From Clostridia bacterium (lineage in GTDB: Bacteria; Bacillota; Clostridia; Oscillospirales; QAMX01), in assembly GCA_017532825.1 (NCBI GenBank), contig JAFXIT010000010.1, positions 21,916 to 53,915 on the forward strand: a stretch of 32,000 nt of DNA, written 5' to 3'. The notes below the pieces were generated by a model that had not been told where the DNA came from, did not search any database, and was given only the letters and a program-made list of their open reading frames with translations. Below, one piece after another: positions 26,231 through 32,000 of the stretch. A program made the position numbers and the translations under genes. Positions within the stretch are counted from its first letter, which is position 1; every line of letters starts with the position of its first letter.

Positions 26231-27709
26231 ATGAAGGAGCGGACGTATATTGCAATAGACCTTAAATCGTTTTACGCTTCCGTAGAATGTGTTGAGCTTG
26301 GGCTTGATCCGCTTACCACAAACCTTGTCGTAGCCGACCTGAGCCGTACCGAAAAGACCATCTGCCTCGCCGTCACCCCTGCCCTCAAAAGCTTCGGCAT
26401 TCCGGGCAGACCACGTTTGTTTGAGGTAGTGCAAAGAATAAATGACGTAAACCGTGCAAGACGGCGCAGAAGCCCATCAGCCGAGCCATCGGGAAGCTCT
26501 GCGGACACGACCGTCCTTGCAAACGCACCCGAGCTTGAGGTGGACTATATCGTTGCGCCGCCGCGTATGGCGCTGTATATGGAATACAGCACCAGGATCT
26601 ATGAGATATACACCTCCTACGTCTCTCCCGAGGATATCCACGTCTACTCCATCGACGAGGTGTTTATGGACGTGACCGACTATCTTGACACCTACCGCCT
26701 CTCCCCCAGGGATCTTGCAATGAAGATCATACTTGACGTCCTCTCCCGCACCGGCATTACTGCGACGGCAGGTATCGGGAGCAATCTGTTTTTGTGCAAG
26801 ATAGCCCTCGATATTAAGGCAAAAAAGATACCGCCCGACCGAAACGGTGTCCGTATCGCCGAGTTAGACCAAAAAAGCTACCGCAGGGAGCTGTGGGATC
26901 ACCGTCCGCTGACCGACTTTTGGAGGGTCGGCAGAGGGTACGCAAAAAAGCTTGAGGCCCGCGGACTGTTTACCATGGGGGATATTGCAAGATGCTCCAT
27001 AGAAAGCGAAGAGCTGCTGTACAGACTTTTCGGCATAAACGCCGAGCTTCTTATCGACCATGCCTGGGGCTACGAGCCCTGTACCATCGCCGACATAAAG
27101 GCCTACAAACCAATCACCAACAGCCTCGGCTCGGGGCAGGTACTGCAATATCCCTACGATTTTGAAAAGACACGGCTGGTAGTACGTGAAATGGCGGACA
27201 TGCTCTCTCTCGATCTTGTGGACAAGGGGCTTTGCACCGACCAACTCGTTTTAACGCTTGGCTACGACGTGGAAAATCTGACCGACCCCGTCCGCAGGGA
27301 AAATTACAAGGGAGAGGTCACCGCAGACGCCTACGGACGTGCTATCCCCAAGCACTCCCACGGGAGTATAAATCTCGGAGGGCATACCTCCTCTTCGTCG
27401 AAGATCCTTTCGGCCGTAAGCGAGCTCTTTGACAGGATCGCCGACAGAGAGCTTCTGTTTCGCCGCATAAACCTTACTGCAAACCACGTCCTCACCGAGG
27501 CAGACATCTCCTTCCTTTCAAGCGGAGTACAGTCCGAGCTGTTTTCGGACGGCGACCCTGCCGAACTGTCCCGTGAACGGAATATGCAGCAGGCAGTTTT
27601 GAACATCAAGCATAAATACGGCAAAAACGCCATCCTTCGGGGCATGAACCTTGAGGAGGGTGCAACAGCCAAGGACCGAAATTCGCAGATAGGAGGTCAC
27701 AAGGCATGA
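26231..27709 (+). CDS. Y-family (translesion) DNA polymerase, UmuC/YqjW/UvrX-like
   Basis: YIAIDLKSFYASVEC (catalytic Asp, steric-gate region), SIDEVFMDVT (catalytic Asp-Glu), TATAGIGSNLFLCKIA, and the little-finger region. Start set at ATG 26231, 10 nt after GGGAGG. The track start at 26207 precedes the SD. Confidence 0.9.
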   Translation: MKERTYIAIDLKSFYASVECVELGLDPLTTNLVVADLSRTEKTICLAVTPALKSFGIPGRPRLFEVVQRINDVNRARRRRSPSAEPSGSSADTTVLANAPELEVDYIVAPPRMALYMEYSTRIYEIYTSYVSPEDIHVYSIDEVFMDVTDYLDTYRLSPRDLAMKIILDVLSRTGITATAGIGSNLFLCKIALDIKAKKIPPDRNGVRIAELDQKSYRRELWDHRPLTDFWRVGRGYAKKLEARGLFTMGDIARCSIESEELLYRLFGINAELLIDHAWGYEPCTIADIKAYKPITNSLGSGQVLQYPYDFEKTRLVVREMADMLSLDLVDKGLCTDQLVLTLGYDVENLTDPVRRENYKGEVTADAYGRAIPKHSHGSINLGGHTSSSSKILSAVSELFDRIADRELLFRRINLTANHVLTEADISFLSSGVQSELFSDGDPAELSRERNMQQAVLNIKHKYGKNAILRGMNLEEGATAKDRNSQIGGHKA

Positions 27710-28128
27710 GCCGTTCCTACGACGATATAATCGACCTTCCCCGCCACGTTTCAAAAAAGCATCCGCCCATGTCGCTTTATGACCGTGCCGCACAGTTTTC
27801 TGCTTTTTCGGCATTGGTAGGATACGACGAGGCGATCGCCGAGAGCGACCGCCTCACCGACAAAAGGATCCCCCTATCGGAGGATGACAAAGCCGAGCTT
27901 GACAGAAAGCTGTCCTTTCTCGAAGACTCCGAGCTTGAGCTTACCCGTATAAGTGTGACATATTTCAAGCCCGACGGTAAAAAAGAAGGCGGAAGGTATG
28001 TCACTGAGGTCGGAGAATTCTTAAAAACAGACCCTTACGAGAGGGTGCTGATTATCGGAGACGGTATCAAAATACCGCTTGAGGACGTTTTTAAGATCGA
28101 CAGCGAGCTATTCCGAGGCATCTTTTAA
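27706..28128 (+). CDS. YolD-like protein (proposed UmuD-equivalent accessory factor)
   Basis: 140 aa. PPMSLYDRAAQFSAFSALVGYDEAIAE and ISVTYFKPDGKKEGGRY match my recollection of clostridial YolD-like proteins. The ATG overlaps the polymerase stop (ATGA at 27706-27709). Confidence 0.7.
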   Translation: MSRSYDDIIDLPRHVSKKHPPMSLYDRAAQFSAFSALVGYDEAIAESDRLTDKRIPLSEDDKAELDRKLSFLEDSELELTRISVTYFKPDGKKEGGRYVTEVGEFLKTDPYERVLIIGDGIKIPLEDVFKIDSELFRGIF

Positions 28129-28133
28129 AAAGT

Positions 28134-28167
28134 AACGGCGGAGCCCTCACACAGGTGCTCCGCCGTT
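28134..28167. terminator. GC-rich bidirectional intrinsic terminator
   Basis: AACGGCGGAGC (28134-28144), 12-nt loop, GCTCCGCCGTT (28157-28167). The + strand follows with GTTGTTGTTT and the - strand with ACTTTTTAAAA. Confidence 0.8.
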
Positions 28168-28170
28168 GTT

Positions 28171-28209
28171 GTTTAACTATGTAAAGCGTTATTCTTTACA
28201 TAGTTAAAC
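28171..28209. repeat. Perfect 16-bp AT-rich inverted repeat (second hairpin, terminator or protein-binding palindrome)
   Basis: GTTTAACTATGTAAAG (28171-28186), loop CGTTATT, CTTTACATAGTTAAAC (28194-28209). The + strand follows with AGTTGTATTTTTATC. Confidence 0.7.
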
Positions 28210-28233
28210 AGTTGTATTTTTATCTCAAATAAG

Positions 28234-28965
28234 CTATTCTATGTACTCTATCGTTATTTTTCCGAGGTTATTTTCGCCTCGGATATAGAGCAAGCGTTCA
28301 TTTCCGTCACAGTCACGATACCCGGAGACATGGCCGAGATTGTTCTCTATGTCGCATTTAACGCTCCAATCCGAAGGAACGTTGACGATCAGATGACCGA
28401 GATTGTTCTCAAGGCAGAGGACTCCGCCCCCTTCGTACTCCTCAGGCGAGACAAAATGTACCGAGCAGCTACCGATATTGTTTTCAACAGTTTTTGAAAC
28501 AAAGTCCTCGCAGTCAATATATACCACCGAGCTGCCAAGGGAATTATCGGTATAGTCCCGATCCTCGGATAATGTTTTTTTCTTACGTCCGATCCCTTCT
28601 ATTTTTATAAACTTTAACCTCTTCCTTTTAGGCAGGAGAGCATCGACACCCGTAGCAAGAAGTACCGAGATCAGCAATACCAGCCAGTTTTTTATGAGGT
28701 TGGAGGACTCTGCGCCGCAGAGGGTCGCAATGTTTTTTTCAAAGAGCATAAACATCAGACCAAGGGGGACAAATATGCTTCCAAGCCTGCCGCTGAAGAG
28801 ATTTTTTAAAATATAGGCAAGCAGGAACACACCGGCCAACAGAGCAAGCACCGACACTCCGCCTATCGCATTTTCGATCGGAACAAGCACGTTCAGCGCA
28901 TCAAGAATCAAAACAGCCGCCGCAAAGATGCAAAGCAAGCCCCAAAACGTTTTTCCGAAATTCAT
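28234..28965 (-). CDS. LiaF-like membrane protein: N-terminal 4-TM region plus C-terminal [DE]N[NS][IL]G beta-repeat domain
   Basis: 243 aa. Hydrophobic N-terminal region of about 110 aa, then a basic stop-transfer stretch (PKRKRLKFIK...GRKKK). The C-terminal domain carries DNSLG, ENNIG, ENNLG, ENNLG, ENNLG every 21-25 residues. The ATG overlaps the LytTR gene stop (ATGA at 28962-28965). TAG stop. Confidence 0.7.
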   Translation of the reverse strand: MNFGKTFWGLLCIFAAAVLILDALNVLVPIENAIGGVSVLALLAGVFLLAYILKNLFSGRLGSIFVPLGLMFMLFEKNIATLCGAESSNLIKNWLVLLISVLLATGVDALLPKRKRLKFIKIEGIGRKKKTLSEDRDYTDNSLGSSVVYIDCEDFVSKTVENNIGSCSVHFVSPEEYEGGGVLCLENNLGHLIVNVPSDWSVKCDIENNLGHVSGYRDCDGNERLLYIRGENNLGKITIEYIE

Positions 28966-29414
28966 TTTTTAAACCTCATTTCGTCTAATTTATACTGCAT
29001 AAGCTTGTAGTACGCCCTTGAAAAATAGGTCTTTTTATCGCAATCCGCAAAGGTGATCTCGCCGTTTCCAACCAATTCCCGCCGCACCGAGCTGATTCGC
29101 ATCAGGTTTGCAATGACCGACTTTGAAATACGGGCAAAGGTCGGCGGCATGATCGACTCAAGCTCACAAAGCTTATAGGGTGCTATGTATATGTCCTCTG
29201 CCGTGTGGGCGTAGACCCTGCCTTCACTGCTTTCAAAAAACAGTATACGGTTTTTAGGAAGAAATATCTCCCTACCGCCCGAGCTTACCGGTATCTCGTT
29301 CTCACCTCGAACGGCATTCTCCACCGCCGCCTCAAGGGAGCGTATGCGCTCGGTCCTCTGTCGGCACCTTATGACGATCTCTTCGTGATCGGATATCTCG
29401 GTACGTACTTTCAA
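28962..29414 (-). CDS. Small LytTR-family DNA-binding protein (no receiver domain)
   Basis: The LytTR domain is recognisable (ILFFESSEGRVYAHTAEDIYIAPYKLCELESIMPPTFARISKSVIANL...ITF). The true start is most likely TTG at 29414 (MKVRTEISDHEEIVIRCRQ..., 150 aa), 5 nt after GGGGGTG. The ORF-track start at 29555 lies inside the upstream terminator hairpin, and that version runs through the promoter. Confidence 0.8.
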   Translation of the reverse strand: MKVRTEISDHEEIVIRCRQRTERIRSLEAAVENAVRGENEIPVSSGGREIFLPKNRILFFESSEGRVYAHTAEDIYIAPYKLCELESIMPPTFARISKSVIANLMRISSVRRELVGNGEITFADCDKKTYFSRAYYKLMQYKLDEMRFKK

Positions 29415-29446
29415 CGGCTCACCCCCGTCCCTCAAACGATATATTA

Positions 29447-29475
29447 ATTGTATCGCTTTTTTGTCGATTTGTGAA
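29447..29475 (-). promoter_or_regulatory. Promoter of the LytTR/membrane-protein operon
   Basis: Minus strand: TTCACA (29475-29470), 17 nt, TACAAT (29452-29447). The TTG start is about 32 nt downstream. Confidence 0.55.
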
Positions 29476-29540
29476 GAGTTTTTTCTTGAAAGGAAGAAAT
29501 TTACCCCCAAGAGGTAGATACCCTTCGATATCCGCACAAA

Positions 29541-29575
29541 AAAAGCCTCCCGCAAACGCTGCGGGAGGTTTTTTC
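29541..29575 (-). terminator. Intrinsic terminator after the ABC transporter gene
   Basis: GCCTCCCGC-aaacgct-GCGGGAGGT hairpin, flanked by an A-run on one side. The minus strand follows with CTTTTTTTGTG. It lies 16 nt downstream of the ABC gene stop at 29586. Confidence 0.85.
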
Positions 29576-29585
29576 CTATAAATCG

Positions 29586-32000
29586 TTATTCTGTTCTCAG
29601 GGCTACGACGGGGTCCTTCTTTGCCGCAGAACGGGACGGAATGATACCGGCAACAAGCGTCAGCAGTACGCTTATGACCACAAGCACGACGCCTACCTCT
29701 ATGGGAAGGAATGCGCTGAGGTTTCCGATACCAGTCAGAGCATGGAGTATGAGGTTTATGGGGATGCACAGCAGGTAGGTTATTACCACACCCAACGCTC
29801 CCGAGGTAAACCCGATTATAGCCGTCTCGGCGTTGAACATACGTGAGACGTTGCGCTTTGAGGCTCCGATGGCACGCAGTATGCCGATCTCTTTGGTGCG
29901 CTCCTGGACCGAAATGAGGGTGATGACACCGATCATTATCGAGGATACTACCAAAGATACCGCAACAAAGGCTATCAGAACGTAGGTAATTGCATTTATG
30001 ATGGTGGTGATCGAGGACATCATCAGACCGACGTAGTCGGTATAGAGTATCTGCTCAAGGTCGCCGACATTCTTGTTGTAATCGGCTATCGCCGCTTCTA
30101 TGATGTCTTTATCCTCAAAGGTGGCGGCGTAGAGATTGATGCTGGAGGGATCGTCGATGTCGACGTAGCCCAAAATGTCGAGATTGTCATCATAGGTCGA
30201 CTCAGAGAATGTCAGCACCGCATCGTAATATACAGCGCACTGCTCGTTAGTATATCCTGCAAGCTCGGCCTCAAGCATAGCTACAAGCTGTTGGGTGCTG
30301 AGTGCGGAGAGCTGCTGCATTGCAGCGGCGGCATAGCCGGCAATGTACTGCTGTGAGACGATACCGTAGCAGTACTGGGATATCTCCTCGTCGCTTCTGG
30401 CTGAAAGGTAGGACTTGATCTCCTCGGCGTCCATTCCGGGCATCTGGGCGGAAAGACCGTTTATGAGCATATCCTCCATCTCGGCACGGCTCATATTCCC
30501 AAGCACGCTTCCGACGTATGCCATGACGTCGCTTTCGGCAGGAATGCTCTTTATGGAGATATAGGCCGCAGCCTTGCCGTTGTTGTCAAGCTCTGCGATA
30601 TAATCTCTCAGCTCGGCAGCCTTTTGTTCATCGCTCAGTGCCGCACTGACTTCTCCGAAGGGAAGTCCCGTAAAGATGTCACTGCCCGGAGAGGCAAGCT
30701 GTGCCTTAACGGCGTCGGAGTCCTTTGCCTGCTCAATAATGTACTCCGTAAGCTCGGAGGTATATCCAATTGCTCCGGAGAGCATGGTGGCCAAGGCGTC
30801 CTCGTTGGGACGGATTATGCCCGAGACCTTTATATCCAGACCGTTGTCGTAAAGATACTGCAGTCCTGCTTCGCTCTCACGCAGATCGGTGTAGAGACCG
30901 GTCGTCTTGTCGAGGTGGTAGCAGTCGGAGGCAAGCACGACACGGTAGTCGGTCGAGCATATCTCCTCGTAGCTCCAGTGCTTGGGCTCAAACTCCAGAA
31001 TGGTCTGGTTGAAGGCCGCATCGGCTATCTTTTCGATCTCCTCTATGGAGGTAAGACCGAGGGCGTAGAGGGTAATATCGTCAAGCTCGTTATTCTCATC
31101 GACCACCAGCACTACCTCGTTAAACTCGGTAGGCCAGGATCCGTATATGACGTCGTACTGTTGCTCAAGAAGCGGGCTTACAAGCCTTCCCTTCTCACCT
31201 GGCAGCATCTCCTGCCAAAGTGTAAAGGATCCGCCCATCATTCCCATCGAGCCCATAACACCCATATTTCCGCTTGTCATGCCGGACATATCCATACCGA
31301 AGTACTCAAGGAACATATCCTGCATAAAGGCGTTGGTATCGGAAAAGAGTATGGTGCCGTCGGGGTTTTGTGTGTAGACGATGGGAGAAGCACTGTAGGT
31401 GTACTGTATACCGCTGACCGCTCGTGCAAGCTCGCCGTCGGGATCGGATTCTATCTCTTTTTCTATATATACCTTGAAGGCGGCAAGGTCGTTTTCAACG
31501 ATCTCCATAGAGTTGATGGAGTTGAGCATCGTATAGAGCATTGCCTTTTGATAGACAGCGTCTCTTTCGTGCTGCTCCAGCGACTCGGCCTGCCCGATAA
31601 AGGTCTCAAGTAGACTGCCCATATCCATATGCTGGGCCTCAAGGGTCAAGGGATAGGAGGACAGCGTTTCCTCCTGGACCGTGTCGATGTAGGCAGTCAT
31701 ACCGCGTGACACGGCAAATATCAGCGCTATACCGATTATGCCGATGCTTCCCGCAAATGAGGTAAGGGCGGTCCTTCCCTTCTTTGTAAAGAGGTTCTTA
31801 AGCGAGAGTCCAAATCCGGTCAAGAAGGACATCGAGGGCTTCTTTTCACGGGTACGCACACGGTTTTCGTCCTTTATGCGCTCATTCTCAAGCTCCTCGG
31901 CAGAAAGCGGATCGCTGTCGCCGCATATCTCACCGTCAAGCATCTTTATGGTACGGGTAGCATACTTCTCTGCAAGCTCAGGGTTATGGGTGACCATAAC
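29586..32000 (-). CDS. MacB-type ABC transporter, fused ATPase + FtsX-family permease with large extracytoplasmic domain (N-terminus outside window)
   Basis: The frame stays open to the window edge. The first residues seen (V)MVTHNPELAEKYATRTIKMLDGEI are the H-loop end of an ABC ATPase domain. These are followed by one TM segment, a soluble domain of about 550 aa, and a C-terminal FtsX 3-TM bundle (ERTKEIGILRAIGASKRNV...PSRSAAKKDPVVALRTE). Confidence 0.85.
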   Translation of the reverse strand, partial: VMVTHNPELAEKYATRTIKMLDGEICGDSDPLSAEELENERIKDENRVRTREKKPSMSFLTGFGLSLKNLFTKKGRTALTSFAGSIGIIGIALIFAVSRGMTAYIDTVQEETLSSYPLTLEAQHMDMGSLLETFIGQAESLEQHERDAVYQKAMLYTMLNSINSMEIVENDLAAFKVYIEKEIESDPDGELARAVSGIQYTYSASPIVYTQNPDGTILFSDTNAFMQDMFLEYFGMDMSGMTSGNMGVMGSMGMMGGSFTLWQEMLPGEKGRLVSPLLEQQYDVIYGSWPTEFNEVVLVVDENNELDDITLYALGLTSIEEIEKIADAAFNQTILEFEPKHWSYEEICSTDYRVVLASDCYHLDKTTGLYTDLRESEAGLQYLYDNGLDIKVSGIIRPNEDALATMLSGAIGYTSELTEYIIEQAKDSDAVKAQLASPGSDIFTGLPFGEVSAALSDEQKAAELRDYIAELDNNGKAAAYISIKSIPAESDVMAYVGSVLGNMSRAEMEDMLINGLSAQMPGMDAEEIKSYLSARSDEEISQYCYGIVSQQYIAGYAAAAMQQLSALSTQQLVAMLEAELAGYTNEQCAVYYDAVLTFSESTYDDNLDILGYVDIDDPSSINLYAATFEDKDIIEAAIADYNKNVGDLEQILYTDYVGLMMSSITTIINAITYVLIAFVAVSLVVSSIMIGVITLISVQERTKEIGILRAIGASKRNVSRMFNAETAIIGFTSGALGVVITYLLCIPINLILHALTGIGNLSAFLPIEVGVVLVVISVLLTLVAGIIPSRSAAKKDPVVALRTE

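Noticed and set aside
28171-28209. dif (XerCD) recombination site, suggested by the TATGTAAA half-sites.
   Set aside because: In a genuine dif site the TTATG ends face the 6-8 bp central region and the two arms are non-identical. Here the arms are perfect inverted copies with the AAAG ends facing the centre. The architecture does not fit.
29415-29555. ORF-track N-terminal extension of the LytTR protein (MREAFFVRISKGIYLLG...), giving 197 aa.
   Set aside because: The proposed start codon lies inside the intrinsic terminator hairpin of the upstream ABC gene. The extension also reads through a good -35/-10 promoter. A TTG with a GGGGGTG SD at 29414 gives the usual size of about 150 aa for this class.
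1-32000. CRISPR arrays, tRNA/rRNA genes, IS elements, integrases, toxin-antitoxin pairs or recognisable phage-defence genes.
   Set aside because: Reading both strands, I found no regularly spaced direct repeats, no tRNA-like T-arm/acceptor patterns, no transposase or recombinase motifs, and no unexplained gap longer than about 250 bp. The only repeats found are short hairpins and the intragenic ENNLG-coding repeat.

Overview
The window reads as chromosomal DNA from a Firmicute of the Clostridia type. Sampled 60-nt lines give about 55% GC. Supporting signs are GGAGG-type Shine-Dalgarno sites, frequent TTG/GTG starts, intrinsic terminators, metG-tatD synteny, and the presence of mrnC, helD and a YolD-like gene.

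I can support 28 intact protein-coding genes and one gene interrupted by an in-frame stop. I saw no rRNA, tRNA, CRISPR array, transposase or integrase.

Most of the content is housekeeping:
- helD (5' partial) and mrnC
- uppP, ftsK and an SIS-domain gene
- metG and tatD
- ruvC, ruvA and ruvB
- carB

The accessory-looking parts are:
1. A strongly AT-rich single-gene islet carrying an APH-family kinase (about 7.1-8.3 kb).
2. A thioredoxin-fold protein whose CGPC active site reads STPS.
3. Two convergent Gfo/Idh/MocA oxidoreductase + TIM-barrel isomerase pairs (12.4-16.4 kb). One TIM-barrel gene is broken by an in-frame TAG, and its second half is missing from the ORF track.
4. A Y-family polymerase + YolD-like cassette.
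5. A small LytTR-only regulator translationally coupled to a LiaF-like membrane protein with [DE]N[NS][IL]G repeats, next to a MacB-type ATPase/FtsX-permease fusion (3' partial window edge).

I do not see a convincing, complete, novel multi-gene system such as a defence island. The best candidates for under-described biology are the LytTR/LiaF-like pair and the duplicated oxidoreductase/TIM-barrel module. Both are offered as hypotheses.

All family assignments come from motif recognition by eye. No database search was possible.
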